DNA of 64,000 bases from an uncultured Gammaproteobacteria bacterium (GTDB taxonomy: Bacteria > Pseudomonadota > Gammaproteobacteria > Steroidobacterales > BM003): assembly GCA_963783695.1 (NCBI GenBank), contig CAWAOM010000004.1, positions 366,271-430,270 of the forward strand. The letters run 5' to 3'. Positions 43,789-54,746 of this stretch are shown one piece after another. Both the position numbers and the translations under genes were made by a program. The notes beneath the pieces were generated by a model, which saw only the letters and a program-made list of their open reading frames with translations, was not told the DNA's origin and did not search any database. Numbering within the stretch: the stretch's first letter is position 1; each line of letters starts with the position of its first letter.

Positions 43789-44208
43789 TTAGTCGGACGT
43801 GTGTCGGACTTCTGCGGTGAATGACGCCGTGCGGCCGGTGTCGAGTTGCAGGTCGAAAGCGATGACCTGGCCAGGCTCGACGGTGTCGCGCGGGCGCATC
43901 AGCATCAGATGACGGCCATGCGGCTCGAAATGTATCGTCTCCCCCGGACCCACGACGATGGCGTCTTCCTGTTGCATGCGACTGATGCCGTCGACGTTAA
44001 TGGTGCGGTGTATCTCGACAAGCCCGAAAGCCTCGCTGGAAGCAGCGACGATGGTCTGGTCCTGGCCGGTTCGGTTGGTGAACGAGAAATAGGCTGCGGT
44101 CATCTGGCTGCCGGGCGGCATGGCGCGCACCCAGGGGTCCGTGATCACCACGTCGTTGCCACCGGAACAGGCGCTCAGCAGAAGCACGGTCCATACCAGT
44201 ATTCTCAT
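43789..44208 (-). CDS. periplasmic copper chaperone PCu(A)C (DUF461)
   Basis: Lipoprotein-like signal LLLSACSGG. DPWVRAMPPG and His/Met-rich HGRHLMLM. Confidence 0.8.
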   Translation of the reverse strand: MRILVWTVLLLSACSGGNDVVITDPWVRAMPPGSQMTAAYFSFTNRTGQDQTIVAASSEAFGLVEIHRTINVDGISRMQQEDAIVVGPGETIHFEPHGRHLMLMRPRDTVEPGQVIAFDLQLDTGRTASFTAEVRHTSD

Positions 44209-44843
44209 CTTCTGCGCTCCAGATAGTTCAGCGTCGCCCTGTATCTGGCAGCGAGGTCAGCGGCCTCAAGAGGCGGAGAAAATAGCGCGGCCTGACGACC
44301 GGCCGGGTCAATCAGGAAAATCGACGCCGTGTGGTCTACCGTGTAGTCGCCGTCGTCGCGAGGAATTTTCAGATGGGCGACGCCAAGCGCTGCCGTCAGT
44401 GCGTCGATTTCCGCGGTAGATCCGGTTACGCCGACAAACGTCGGATCGAAAAACGGGACATAGTCGTGCAGTCTGGCGACCGTATCGCGCTCCGGGTCGA
44501 CCGAAATCATCACCACCTCCGGCTGCTGTGAAGCGGGTAAATCGCCAAGCAGGGCCCGGCTGCGGGCCAGGGTGTTCAGCGTCGTGGGGCAGACATCAGG
44601 ACAATGGGTAAAGCCGAAGAACAGCAAGGTCCAGTGCCCCTGAAGTCTTTGCGGGTTATAGACTCCGTCGTTGTGGTCGGACAGCGTAAATTCGGGAACC
44701 GGCCGCGTGGCATTGAAAATGGTCGCATCGATGTCTTCCGGCGCAACCATCCCGGCCGACTGCATCCGGTATGCGGTGAAGGCCCCCGCAAGCACCGCGA
44801 TCAGCGCAAGCGTGAAGGCGAGAATTCGAATTGGCGCGGACAT
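44205..44843 (-). CDS. SCO/SenC-family copper-binding thioredoxin-fold protein
   Basis: FGFTHCPDVCP motif and an N-terminal TM anchor. 4-nt overlap with the PCu(A)C gene. Confidence 0.88.
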   Translation of the reverse strand: MSAPIRILAFTLALIAVLAGAFTAYRMQSAGMVAPEDIDATIFNATRPVPEFTLSDHNDGVYNPQRLQGHWTLLFFGFTHCPDVCPTTLNTLARSRALLGDLPASQQPEVVMISVDPERDTVARLHDYVPFFDPTFVGVTGSTAEIDALTAALGVAHLKIPRDDGDYTVDHTASIFLIDPAGRQAALFSPPLEAADLAARYRATLNYLERRR

Positions 44844-44906
44844 AGCCCGCTATTATCCCATAATCGCGGGTGCGCTCCACGTCGGCCGGGCTATCATGTG
44901 CGCCTG

Positions 44907-45860
44907 ATGCGGGGAGCCAAGATGGTCGACAGTGACAAGGGGTATGCGGACCTGGCGGTCGGTACAAGCGTGGCCGACGCCATTGCAGCGACCGCGCGCC
45001 GTTTCCGCGACGCCGGTGTCCACTTCGGCCATGGTACGGACAATGCCGATGACGAAGCGGCGGCGCTGGTCTTCCATATTGTTGGTGCGGTCTACCCGGT
45101 GGCGGCCGCCGACTACGCGCGGCGACTCGATGGCGGGCAACTGCAGCGGCTGGCGGAAATCGTCATGGCCAGGATTACCAGCCGCGATCCGGTGGCTTAC
45201 CTGATAAACGAGGCATGGTTCGCGGGTTTGCAGTTTTACGTCGACAACCGGGTTCTGGTGCCTCGATCGCCGATTGCCGAGCTGATCGTCGAGCGCTTCG
45301 AGCCATGGGCGGACTCCACCGCCGTGACGCGGATCCTGGATCTTTGCACCGGAAGTGCATGCATCGCCATAGCCTGTGCCAGCGCATTCCCGGAGGCTGC
45401 CGTGGACGCCAGCGATATTTCGCCGGACGCGCTCGAGGTAGCAGCAATGAATGTCGCGCGACACGCGCTGGAACAGCGGGTGAAGCTGCTGCAGTCGGAT
45501 CTCTTCGCGGCGCTTGAAGGGCGCCGTTACGATCTGATCGTCAGCAACCCGCCCTATGTCAGCCGTGCCGAGATGGCTGAGCTGCCGGCCGAGTACCGGC
45601 GCGAGCCGGGCCTCGGTCTCGAGGCGGGCGATGACGGCTTGCGGCTGGTGCGCCGAATTCTCCACAATGCGCGCCGGCACCTCACCGACAACGGCCTCCT
45701 TGTTGTCGAGGTCGGTGCCAGTCAGGCCGCGCTGGAGGCAGCATACCCGCGCGTCCCTTTCACCTGGGTCGAGTTCGAGCATGGCGGCGAAGGTGTGTTT
45801 TTAATGAGCGCCGGCGAGCTCGATGTATTCGCTGCCGAATTCGCCAGCGCCGAGGAGTAA
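44907..45860 (+). CDS. prmB: 50S ribosomal protein L3 N5-glutamine methyltransferase
   Basis: VSNPPYV motif. [17 protein letters not shown]-terminal region. Start is ATG 44907 or 44922. Confidence 0.88.
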   Translation: MRGAKMVDSDKGYADLAVGTSVADAIAATARRFRDAGVHFGHGTDNADDEAAALVFHIVGAVYPVAAADYARRLDGGQLQRLAEIVMARITSRDPVAYLINEAWFAGLQFYVDNRVLVPRSPIAELIVERFEPWADSTAVTRILDLCTGSACIAIACASAFPEAAVDASDISPDALEVAAMNVARHALEQRVKLLQSDLFAALEGRRYDLIVSNPPYVSRAEMAELPAEYRREPGLGLEAGDDGLRLVRRILHNARRHLTDNGLLVVEVGASQAALEAAYPRVPFTWVEFEHGGEGVFLMSAGELDVFAAEFASAEE

Positions 45861-45867
45861 TCAAAGA

Positions 45868-46959
45868 ATGGCCGGTAACACGCAGGGCAAGCTTTTCACG
45901 GTGACGACATTCGGTGAAAGCCACGGGCCGGGGCTGGGCTGTATCGTAGATGGTTGTCCGCCCGGGCTGGCACTGTCCGACGACGATATTCAGGCCGATG
46001 TCGAACGGCGGCGAACGGGGCGCAGCCGGCATACGAGCCAGCGCAAGGAAAGCGATTCGATTCGCATCATGTCGGGCGTTTTCGAGGGGCGCACCACCGG
46101 TACTCCGATCGGGATGATCGTCGCGAACGAGGATCAGCGGCCGCGTGACTACAGCGAAATCATGGATCGCTTTCGCCCGGGGCATGCTGACTATACCTAC
46201 CAGCAGAAGTTTGGATTTCGCGACTACCGTGGCGGTGGCCGCTCATCCGCACGCGAAACCGTTATGCGAGTCGCTGCAGGTGCGATCGCGCGCAAGTACC
46301 TCCGCGAGAGGCTCGGCATCCGGATTTTCGGCTACCTCGCCCAGCTCGGTCCGCTCGTGCTCGAAGCGGTTGCGCCGGAGACTGTCGATGACAACCCGTT
46401 TTTCTGTCCCGACCCGGCCCGTGTCGACGAGCTGGAAAAATACATGGACGCGTTGCGCAAATCGCGGGATTCCGTGGGCGCGAGGGTCGTGACGATCGCG
46501 ACAGGTGTGCCACCCGGCCTGGGGGAGCCGGTGTTTGACCGGCTGGACGCCGACATTGCACACGCGATGATGAACATCAACGCGGTCAAAGGAGTCGAAA
46601 TCGGCGCCGGATTTGCCTGTGTGGCACAAAAAGGCACCGAGCACCGTGACGAAATCACTGCAGCCGGATTTCAGTCGAATCATGCGGGCGGGGTGCTCGG
46701 TGGCATCTCGTCGGGTCAGGATCTGGTTGTCAGTATTGCGTTGAAGCCCACTTCGAGTATTCCCACGGCGGGCCGAACCGTTGACATTACGGGTAACGAG
46801 GTGGAAGTGCTGACCAAGGGCCGTCACGATCCGTGCGTCGGTTTGCGGGCCACCCCGATCGCCGAGGCGCAGCTGGCACTTGTGATCATGGATCACTATC
46901 TGCGCCAGCGCGGGCAGAATGCGGACGTGCGCAGCGTGACACCGGTGGTCAAAGCCTGA
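45868..46959 (+). CDS. aroC: chorismate synthase
   Basis: [24 protein letters not shown]. Confidence 0.96.
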   Translation: MAGNTQGKLFTVTTFGESHGPGLGCIVDGCPPGLALSDDDIQADVERRRTGRSRHTSQRKESDSIRIMSGVFEGRTTGTPIGMIVANEDQRPRDYSEIMDRFRPGHADYTYQQKFGFRDYRGGGRSSARETVMRVAAGAIARKYLRERLGIRIFGYLAQLGPLVLEAVAPETVDDNPFFCPDPARVDELEKYMDALRKSRDSVGARVVTIATGVPPGLGEPVFDRLDADIAHAMMNINAVKGVEIGAGFACVAQKGTEHRDEITAAGFQSNHAGGVLGGISSGQDLVVSIALKPTSSIPTAGRTVDITGNEVEVLTKGRHDPCVGLRATPIAEAQLALVIMDHYLRQRGQNADVRSVTPVVKA

Positions 46960-47078
46960 CCGGAGCCCGCCGGCGCGAGGCTTGCAGGCGGGCATTGCTG
47001 TGACGCCACGGAGAGAATCACGCGGTTTGCGATGGCGCAGGGTGTTCGCAGCCGACCCTTTCACGTTACGGGTGATAA

Positions 47079-48104
47079 ATGATGAGCAAGAAATTCAATG
47101 TCGCGGTTGTGGGTGCAACCGGACTGGTCGGGGAGACAATGATCGAGTTGCTCGAGGAGCGCGCATTTCCGGTTGCGGCATTTCATCCTCTTGCCAGCGA
47201 ACGCTCGGCCGGCTCGAAAATTCGTTTTGGCAAACGGGAACATACGGTCGGTGTCCTTGAGGACTTCGATTTTTCCGGCACGGATATCGCAATGTTCTCG
47301 GCGGGCGGGTCAGTGTCCGACATACATGCGCCGCGAGCAGGTGAAGCGGGGTGTGTGGTCATCGACAATACGTCGCGTTTTCGTTACGACGACGACATCC
47401 CGCTGGTGGTGCCGGAAGTCAATCCGGAGGCGCTGGAGGAGTTCCGCAACCGCAACATCATCGCCAACCCCAATTGCTCGACTATCCAGATGCTGGTTGC
47501 GCTCAATCCGTTGCGTAAAGCCGCCGGCATAGAACGTATCGACGTCGCAACCTATCAGTCCGTCTCGGGTGCCGGCCGCCGCCATATGGAGGAATTGGCG
47601 AGCCAGACTGCGACACTGCTGAACGGCAGAGAGGTAAAAAGCGATCTCTACCCCCGCCAGATAGCGTTCAACGCGATCCCGCAGATCGATGTCTTCGAGG
47701 AAAACGGGTTTACCCGCGAGGAGATGAAAATGGTCTGGGAAACGCACAGAATCTTTGCCGACACCTCGATCGCGGTGAATGCCACGGCGGTCCGTGTGCC
47801 GGTGTTCTTCGGTCACTCTGAGGCGGTCCACGTGCGTACGCGACAACCTCTGACCGCCGCCGCGGCACGAAAATTGCTGAAAAAAGCGCCCGGGGTGCGT
47901 CTGATAGACGATCCCGATAATGCGACTTACCCCACAGCAGTCAGCGACGCCGCCGGTCATGATTCGGTTTATGTTGGACGCGTGCGCGACGACCTCTATG
48001 AGGAGTGTGGTTTGAACCTGTGGGTGGTCGCTGATAACGTGCGCAAGGGCGCGGCGCTGAATAGCGTGCAAATTGCTGAATTGTTGGTAAAAAGCTTTTT
48101 GTAA
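47079..48104 (+). CDS. asd: aspartate-semialdehyde dehydrogenase
   Basis: VAVVGATGLVGE NAD(P) motif. Active-site Cys in IANPNCSTIQ. Confidence 0.95.
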   Translation: MMSKKFNVAVVGATGLVGETMIELLEERAFPVAAFHPLASERSAGSKIRFGKREHTVGVLEDFDFSGTDIAMFSAGGSVSDIHAPRAGEAGCVVIDNTSRFRYDDDIPLVVPEVNPEALEEFRNRNIIANPNCSTIQMLVALNPLRKAAGIERIDVATYQSVSGAGRRHMEELASQTATLLNGREVKSDLYPRQIAFNAIPQIDVFEENGFTREEMKMVWETHRIFADTSIAVNATAVRVPVFFGHSEAVHVRTRQPLTAAAARKLLKKAPGVRLIDDPDNATYPTAVSDAAGHDSVYVGRVRDDLYEECGLNLWVVADNVRKGAALNSVQIAELLVKSFL

Positions 48105-48128
48105 GCTATAGTTAGCCGATCATTTAAA

Positions 48129-48146
48129 AGAAGCTTATTAGCTTCT
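48129..48146 (+). other. AT-rich 7-bp hairpin after asd
   Basis: agaagct (48129-48135) pairs with agcttct (48140-48146), loop tatt. No T-run follows. Confidence 0.3.
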
Positions 48147-48211
48147 ACGCGGGCCGCCGAAACGGTGGTTCGAACGGCCCGAATTGGGGTATGGGACCAA
48201 AGGGAGCATTC

Positions 48212-51200
48212 ATGGCGCGGCATATTTCCATCCTGAGCCTGCTGCTTAGCACTTATTTGATGTCGGCATCTGCCTGGGGACTGGCGCTGGGTGACATCGA
48301 GCTCAAATCGAATCTCAACCAGCCATTCCGCGCTGAAATCACTGTCGAGGGCGCAAGCCGCGACGACGTTTCAGGGCTGATGGTACAACTGGCGCCGCGC
48401 GATGCGTTCGATCGCCTCGGCCTCGACTATCCCGAGTACCTTCAGGGATTCAACCTCAGGACCGAGTTACGCCCCGACGGCAATGCCGCGGTCATCGTGA
48501 CATCGACGGCATCCGTGACCGAGCCTTTTGTCACGATTCTGGTCGAAGCCGTCTGGGCCCGCGGCCGTTTGTTGCGTGAGTACACGGTTTTTCTCGATCC
48601 GCCGACATTTGTCGCGCCTGCACCCATGCCTGCTCCGGTGCGTGCGCCGACTACGGCAACGCAAACCCGAACGACCGGAACCGTCGTCAGACAGCCGCCG
48701 CCGGCGCCGACCGCCGCGCCGGCAGAGCAGCAGCAGCCTGCAGGCCAACCGTTCGACGCCCCGGGCGACAGTTACCGCGTGCAGCGCAACGATACGTTGT
48801 GGAGGATCGCGGATCGTTACCGACCTGACGACAGTGTCAGCGTCAATCAGATGATGATGGCGATTTACGAGGCCAACCCCAATGCTTTCATGGGGCAGAA
48901 CATCAATCTCGTTCGCGCCGGTTCAATTCTGCGGATACCGGACCGCGCGGCCGTCACGGCGCTGTCGTCGACGCAGGCAAATGCCGAGGTGGCGCGCCAG
49001 TACGAGGAGTGGCGCAGCGGCGGTGCCTACAGCGCGCCTTCGGAGCCGGTAGCCCGGCTCGAGCTGCGTCCGCCGAGTGAGGCGGGTTCGCCTGGCGTGG
49101 GTGGCCAGCCGGTCACCGGCGACGCCGAGCTGACACAGGAAAATCTCGAGCTCCGTGACGAACTCGAGGGCGTGCGCGAAGAACTCGAGGAATCGCAACG
49201 GCTGTTGCAGTTGCGTGACGAGGAAATGGCGCAATTGCAGCAGCGTCTTCAGGCGATCGAGGAGGCGGAAGTAGCCGTGCCGCCGGTCGCTCCGGTTCAG
49301 CCGGAAGACATTGCGTCGCAGCCGGAATCCGAACAGGCTGAGCAAGCGGCGCCGCCGGTGGCGGCGACACCCGCCGCACGGCCGGTACAACCGGCCGCCG
49401 ATGAATCGCTCTTCGGCAAGCTGATGGGTTTCGTTACAGCGCCGTTATTCCTGATCCTGCTGGGTCTCGCCGTGATTGCCGCCGCCTTGCTGGCGGTGAT
49501 CCGCCGTCGCCGTGCCGCGACCGAAGAATTCGTTGAGCCCTGGGACAGTGCGGGCCAGGCCGCGGATGATACGTCCGCGACCAGTCAGACCCAGACTCTG
49601 ACAGAACTCCCGGTCCGCGCTCGCGGCGAAGAGTCGATTGTTGTCGAGGAGAGCGTTTCCGCGGACGACACCGGCAGCCTCGAAATCCCGGAATTCGAGC
49701 CGGGAACAGAGGCGACCGGCAGCTTTGAGTTGCCGGATTTCGAGACGACCGCGGAGACCAATGACAGTCTTGAACTACCGACCTTCGACGACCTGGGCGA
49801 GACGCCGACTCCGGTCGAGCCGGTTACGGAAGCGGAGCCGGACAGGGCAGAAATTTCCGCCATCGACGAATTGTCCAATACGATCATGGAGCGTCTGGGC
49901 CAGGATCAGGGCGACCCGATTGGCGAGGCTGATTTCCATATGGCTTACGGCCTGTATGACCAGGCGGCCGACGTGGTCAGATCTGCGCTGCAGAACGCGC
50001 CGGAGCGGCGTGATCTTCGGGCCAAGCTGGCGGAGATTTTCTTCGTCTGGGGTAACAAGGACCAGTTCCTCGAGAGCGCCCAGAAATTATTCGATACCCG
50101 CGAAGAGGGCTCGGATTCGGATTGGGACAAAATCCTGATCATGGGCAAGCAGATTGCGCCGGAAGAGCCGATCTTCTCTGGCGAGTTGCGCTCCACCGGT
50201 GACGAGCCGGTCGACCTGGCGCTGGAGGCGACCGCGATTGCACCACCGGTCGATCTGTCGCTGGATGAGGAAGACCAGGGTGGCGTCGATCTCGATTTCG
50301 GAGATGCGCTCGAGACCGGAGGAGATACCCGCGAGACACCCGCGCTGACAGAAACCGGGGCCGTTGCCGACAAGAGACTCGAAACCGGCGCCGAAGCGGA
50401 TGACGAAGGGCTGGACTTCGATTTCGGCGGCGATACGCAGGAGAATCCGACGCTGGAGACCGCGGCGGCGGAGAGTCCCACGGTGGAGACGCCGACGATT
50501 GAAAGTGTGTCGCTGGACGCGCCGACCATGGAGACTCCAACCCTGGAGACTGCGGCCGTCGATGTGCCAACGATGGAAACGCCGACGCTGGAAACTGCAG
50601 CGCCCGACATGCCGACTATGGAAACGCCGACGCTGGAAACGCCGTCGCTCGATTCCGAGTTGGAAATGGCCGACACCATTGAGCAGAAAATGGATCTTGG
50701 CGCCGATGTGGATGCGTCCGCGGACGGCGACAGGACGTCGGAGACGGCGGAGATCGATCTCGACGATCTTGGCCTTGACGTCAATCTCGACGACAGCTTC
50801 CTCGGGCCGTTGGACCGTACTGGTCAGTCCGAGGCGCTGGACGTGGATGAAGATCTGACTGCCGCCGAAGGCGCCGGGTCTACGGGCATCCGCCGGGTGG
50901 ATTTCGACTTTTCCGAAGTGGCCGGGAATGACGGGGACGAAGACGAAGAACTCGCTGAAACCGAAACGCTCGCGGCGACAGACTTCGCGGAGCCGGAAAA
51001 AGTGATCGGCGACGAAGATGCGACGATGCTCGCCACTGCGTTGCCGGACGCTGCCGAGTTTTTTGATACCGATACGGCATCAGCCAAGGCAAGCGATGAT
51101 GCTTCGGCTATTGATCTCGATCTCGGTGATCTGATTGACGAAGCCGAAAACGTGGAATTTGGCGATACGGTCGAGCAGCCCGGGATCGCCAAGGCAGCAG

Positions 51201-51595
51201 TCACCGATAGCGATGGCAGCGGCCTGTCTGAGAACACGGAAGCGACCGGCATTTTCGATGGCCCGGCTGCGACAGGAATGTTCGAAAGCCCTGAGTCCAC
51301 CGGGGTGATGGAACGTCCGGACGACACCGCGGTGCTCGATCTCGATGTCGGCGACGAGTTGCGCGGCGTAGACGACGACCCGACCGCAACCGAGGTCCTG
51401 CCTTCCGACGAGTTCACGCAACCCGAAGGCGATGCGGTGACGATGAGCGAGATCGGCACCAAGCTCGATCTTGCCCGCGCCTACATGGACATGGGCGATC
51501 CTGACGGTGCCCGCAGCATCCTCGAGGAAGTGCTGGATGAAGGTGATGAGGGCCAGCGGGCTGACGCCGAACGTCTTATAAAAAGTCTGTCCTGA
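48212..51595 (+). CDS. fimV: FimV-family peptidoglycan-binding type IV pilus assembly/polar-organisation protein
   Basis: ATG 48212 with an AAGGGAG RBS and a signal peptide. LysM motif YRVQRNDTLWRIADRY. TM FVTAPLFLILLGLAVIAAALLAV, a very acidic repetitive cytoplasmic region, and the C-terminal FimV motif LDLARAYMDMGDPDGARSILEEVL. asd-fimV-truA synteny. Confidence 0.9.
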   Translation: MARHISILSLLLSTYLMSASAWGLALGDIELKSNLNQPFRAEITVEGASRDDVSGLMVQLAPRDAFDRLGLDYPEYLQGFNLRTELRPDGNAAVIVTSTASVTEPFVTILVEAVWARGRLLREYTVFLDPPTFVAPAPMPAPVRAPTTATQTRTTGTVVRQPPPAPTAAPAEQQQPAGQPFDAPGDSYRVQRNDTLWRIADRYRPDDSVSVNQMMMAIYEANPNAFMGQNINLVRAGSILRIPDRAAVTALSSTQANAEVARQYEEWRSGGAYSAPSEPVARLELRPPSEAGSPGVGGQPVTGDAELTQENLELRDELEGVREELEESQRLLQLRDEEMAQLQQRLQAIEEAEVAVPPVAPVQPEDIASQPESEQAEQAAPPVAATPAARPVQPAADESLFGKLMGFVTAPLFLILLGLAVIAAALLAVIRRRRAATEEFVEPWDSAGQAADDTSATSQTQTLTELPVRARGEESIVVEESVSADDTGSLEIPEFEPGTEATGSFELPDFETTAETNDSLELPTFDDLGETPTPVEPVTEAEPDRAEISAIDELSNTIMERLGQDQGDPIGEADFHMAYGLYDQAADVVRSALQNAPERRDLRAKLAEIFFVWGNKDQFLESAQKLFDTREEGSDSDWDKILIMGKQIAPEEPIFSGELRSTGDEPVDLALEATAIAPPVDLSLDEEDQGGVDLDFGDALETGGDTRETPALTETGAVADKRLETGAEADDEGLDFDFGGDTQENPTLETAAAESPTVETPTIESVSLDAPTMETPTLETAAVDVPTMETPTLETAAPDMPTMETPTLETPSLDSELEMADTIEQKMDLGADVDASADGDRTSETAEIDLDDLGLDVNLDDSFLGPLDRTGQSEALDVDEDLTAAEGAGSTGIRRVDFDFSEVAGNDGDEDEELAETETLAATDFAEPEKVIGDEDATMLATALPDAAEFFDTDTASAKASDDASAIDLDLGDLIDEAENVEFGDTVEQPGIAKAAVTDSDGSGLSENTEATGIFDGPAATGMFESPESTGVMERPDDTAVLDLDVGDELRGVDDDPTATEVLPSDEFTQPEGDAVTMSEIGTKLDLARAYMDMGDPDGARSILEEVLDEGDEGQRADAERLIKSLS
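50528..50640 (+). repeat. in-frame 45-nt tandem repeats inside fimV (METPTLETAA-D-PT units)
   Basis: Units start at 50528, 50573 and 50618. atggaaacgccgacgctggaaac is identical at 50573 and 50618. Unit 1 encodes the same peptide with synonymous differences. More degenerate copies start near 50449. Confidence 0.8.
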
Positions 51596-51647
51596 TGATG
51601 TGCGCCGCTGTCGGCGCGCGCAGCGGAAAGCAGATTCTGGTGGCGCC

Positions 51648-52463
51648 ATGCCGAGAATAGCCATGGCCGTCGAGTACGACGGCAGCGATTTCTTCGGCTG
51701 GCAGATTCAGAAAGAAGGCCGTGACGTGCAGTCATGTGTGGAACGCGCGCTCGGGGTTGTCGCCGACGAACCGGTCAAGGCAGTCTGCGCCGGTCGCACA
51801 GATTCCGGCGTTCATGCAATTGGCCAGGTGATCCACTTTGACACGTCGGCTGTGCGCGGAGAGCGTTCGTGGGTTCTGGGTGTCAACAGCAATTTGCCTG
51901 ACGATGTCAACGCGACCTGGGCGCGGGTCGTAGCGGCGGATTTTCACGCCCGTTTCAGCGCTCGCCGGCGTACTTACCGCTACCTTTTTGTCAATCGCCG
52001 GGTCCGCTCCAGTCTGCTCCGCGACCGCGCCTGCTGGGTCCACCGACCCCTCGATGCGGATCGGATGCAGCACGCTGCCAGGTGTCTGCTCGGAGAGCAC
52101 GACTTCAGTTCGTTTCGGGCGGCAAACTGTCAGGCAAAGAGTGCAACGAGAACGATTCATCGGCTCGACGTCGTGCGCCAGCAGGATTTCATCTGGTTGA
52201 CGATTTGTGCCAATGCATTTCTCCAGCATATGGTCAGGAATATCGCCGGGGCGTTGATGAGAGTGGGACTCGGAGAGCGCGATCCCGCATGGGTGGAAGA
52301 CGTCCTGAGCCGCCGCGACAGAACGCGCGCGGGGGTGACCGCGCCGCCGGAGGGGTTGTACTTCACCGCGGTCGGTTATCCGCCGCAATTCGAACTGCCC
52401 GAGATCGAGGTTGCCGCTGGAGTACCGGATTCGTTTATCATGCCCCTACCGGGTTGGACCTGA
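51648..52463 (+). CDS. truA: tRNA pseudouridine(38-40) synthase
   Basis: MPRIAMAVEYDGSDFFGWQ start. Catalytic Asp motif CAGRTDSGVHA. Confidence 0.94.
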   Translation: MPRIAMAVEYDGSDFFGWQIQKEGRDVQSCVERALGVVADEPVKAVCAGRTDSGVHAIGQVIHFDTSAVRGERSWVLGVNSNLPDDVNATWARVVAADFHARFSARRRTYRYLFVNRRVRSSLLRDRACWVHRPLDADRMQHAARCLLGEHDFSSFRAANCQAKSATRTIHRLDVVRQQDFIWLTICANAFLQHMVRNIAGALMRVGLGERDPAWVEDVLSRRDRTRAGVTAPPEGLYFTAVGYPPQFELPEIEVAAGVPDSFIMPLPGWT

Positions 52464-52478
52464 CGCGGATATAGAACA

Positions 52479-53345
52479 ATGAGTTGGTTCGAAAAACTGA
52501 TGCCGTCCCGGATCAAGACCGAGCGGCGCACGCGATCGATACCTGAAGGGCTGTGGTCGAAATGCCCGGCCTGCGATGCCGTGTTGTATCGGGCCGAACT
52601 CGAGCGCAATCTTTTTGTCTGCCCGAAGTGCGAACATCACATGCGGATCAGTGCGCGAGTGCGTCTCGATAAATTTCTCGATGAGGGTAGCGGAGAGGAG
52701 TTGTTCGTCGATCTCGAACCGCTCGATCCGCTGAAGTTCAAAGACACCAGGCGTTACCGCGATCGGTTGCTGCAGAGCCAGAAAGCCGTCGATGAGAAAG
52801 ATGCGTTGGTGGCGATGAAGGGTGAGGTCGGTAACGTCCCCGTGGTGGCATGCGCTTTCGAATTCAAATTCATGGGCGGTTCGATGGGATCGGTCGTGGG
52901 CGAGAAATTCGTTCGTTCTGCCGAGTTTTCACTGGAGGAGCGGCGACCGCTGATCTGCTTTTCTGCGAGCGGTGGTGCGCGGATGCAGGAGGCTCTGTTT
53001 TCGCTGATGCAGATGGCAAAGACCAGCGCCGCACTGGCGCGACTCGGGCGGGAGGGGGTTCCTTTCATCTCGGTGATGACGGACCCGACTACGGGTGGCG
53101 TTTCCGCAAGCCTCGCGATGCTGGGTGACATCAATATTGCCGAGCCCAAGGCGCTGATCGGGTTTGCGGGTCCCAGGGTCATTGAGCAAACCGTCCGGCA
53201 GACGCTGCCCGAGGGTTTCCAGCGCAGCGAGTTTCTGCTCGAGCACGGGGCTCTCGATATGATCCTGGACCGGCGCGAGATGCGACGACAGATCGCCGCA
53301 CTGATTGCGAAATTGGCCGGTTTGCCTGCTATCGAAACTGAGTAA
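52479..53345 (+). CDS. accD: acetyl-CoA carboxylase carboxyltransferase subunit beta
   Basis: Zinc ribbon [44 protein letters not shown]. Confidence 0.96.
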   Translation: MSWFEKLMPSRIKTERRTRSIPEGLWSKCPACDAVLYRAELERNLFVCPKCEHHMRISARVRLDKFLDEGSGEELFVDLEPLDPLKFKDTRRYRDRLLQSQKAVDEKDALVAMKGEVGNVPVVACAFEFKFMGGSMGSVVGEKFVRSAEFSLEERRPLICFSASGGARMQEALFSLMQMAKTSAALARLGREGVPFISVMTDPTTGGVSASLAMLGDINIAEPKALIGFAGPRVIEQTVRQTLPEGFQRSEFLLEHGALDMILDRREMRRQIAALIAKLAGLPAIETE

Positions 53346-53410
53346 CACACCTGTTTGCGCCGCTGTGCCACGCCCTTGCGGCGCCATATGTGTAAGGAAT
53401 ACAGCGGCAA

Positions 53411-54703
53411 GTGAACCCTGCTGAATCGGATCTCGGTGCCTGGTTGCGGCAGCTCGAAAAGTTGCACCCGAAGGTCGTCGATCTCGGACTGGAGCGCATT
53501 TCGCTGGTGCTCGAGCGTCTCGGTCTTACCGATCCGGAATTCAAGGTAATTACCGTCGCCGGAACAAACGGCAAGGGCTCGACCGTTGCAATGCTCGAGA
53601 GCCTTCTCCGTGGTGCCGGGAGATCGGTCGCGGCGCTCACGTCGCCGCATCTGTGGCGGTTCAACGAGCGTGTCCGGATCAATGGCCGAATGGCCAGCGA
53701 TGCTGAGCTTATCGCGTGGTTCAAAGCCGTGGAAACGGCGCGCCATGGCAGCGCGCTGACTTTTTTCGAATATACGACCGCCGCCGCTGTGCTGGGCTTT
53801 CAGCAGGCAGGCATCGAGATTGCCGTTCTCGAAGTGGGGCTTGGCGGACGGCTCGATGCGGTGAACGCGATCGATCCCGATGTCGCCATCGTCTCGTCCA
53901 TTGACCTCGATCACCAGAACTGGCTGGGCGCGACACGCGCGGAGATCGGTCGTGAGAAGGCGGGGATTTTCCGCCCGGACAAGCCGGCGATTGTCGGCGA
54001 CCCGGATCCGCCGGACTCGGTGGCGGCGTACGCCCGCGAGATTGGCGCTGCGCTATACCGCTACGGGGCGGATTTTCGGATTGAGCGCGGCGCGGCCGGT
54101 TTCGACTATTCCGGCATCGCGGCCCGCCGCAGCGGGCTTCCCGTTACAGCGATCACGGCCAATGCGGCCGGACGCAACCTGGGGTGTGTGCTCGCCGCAC
54201 TCGAGTGCCTCGGTGGCAACAGTTTGCCGGGCGCAGCTGAGCTGACCGCCGGACTCGCCGGCCTGCAGGTTCCGGGCAGATTCCAGCGTCGGCAGATTGC
54301 TGCGGTCGAGTGGATTCTGGACGTTGCCCACAACCCGGCCGCCGCCGCCAACCTGGCGCGTCAGCTTGCGGCCGAACCGCGGCGCCGCACGTATGCGCTG
54401 ATTGGCATGATGGAGGACAAGGACGCCGTGGGGCTGGCGCGGGCGCTGGCAGAAAGCATAGATCACTGGACCGTCGTCCCGATCGAGCGGCCGCGTGGCC
54501 AGGATGCCGCCACGCTGCGCGCCCGTTTGGTCGCGGGCGGGGCGGGCGATGTGCGCGCAGCGGAGTCGGTGGCCGAGGCGTGTGCCAGGCTGCGCGCGGA
54601 GACGGTAAGCGGAGACAGGGTTGTGGTGCTCGGGTCGTTCTACGTCGTTGCTCCCGCCGCAGAGGCGCTTGGGCTATACTGCGCGGCGCCCGCGCGCGCT
54701 TGA
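53411..54703 (+). CDS. folC: bifunctional tetrahydrofolate synthase / dihydrofolate synthase
   Basis: P-loop VAGTNGKGST, Mur-ligase-like organisation, GTG start. Confidence 0.92.
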   Translation: MNPAESDLGAWLRQLEKLHPKVVDLGLERISLVLERLGLTDPEFKVITVAGTNGKGSTVAMLESLLRGAGRSVAALTSPHLWRFNERVRINGRMASDAELIAWFKAVETARHGSALTFFEYTTAAAVLGFQQAGIEIAVLEVGLGGRLDAVNAIDPDVAIVSSIDLDHQNWLGATRAEIGREKAGIFRPDKPAIVGDPDPPDSVAAYAREIGAALYRYGADFRIERGAAGFDYSGIAARRSGLPVTAITANAAGRNLGCVLAALECLGGNSLPGAAELTAGLAGLQVPGRFQRRQIAAVEWILDVAHNPAAAANLARQLAAEPRRRTYALIGMMEDKDAVGLARALAESIDHWTVVPIERPRGQDAATLRARLVAGGAGDVRAAESVAEACARLRAETVSGDRVVVLGSFYVVAPAAEALGLYCAAPARA

Positions 54704-54746
54704 TCGAGCGCATCGGCCGGCGCGGTAAACACACATTGGTGCGGCG

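Noticed and set aside
48151-48180. tRNA-like element in the asd-fimV spacer (contains GGTTCGAA flanked by GGGCCG / CGGCCC)
   Set aside because: There is only a single hairpin with a 19-nt loop. No acceptor, D or anticodon arms fit in the 107-nt spacer, and the T-loop flanks do not form a 5-bp T-stem.
50449-50662. Regularly spaced repeats as a possible CRISPR array
   Set aside because: The repeats are contiguous 45-nt in-frame coding units inside fimV with no unique spacers. They encode a repeated peptide.
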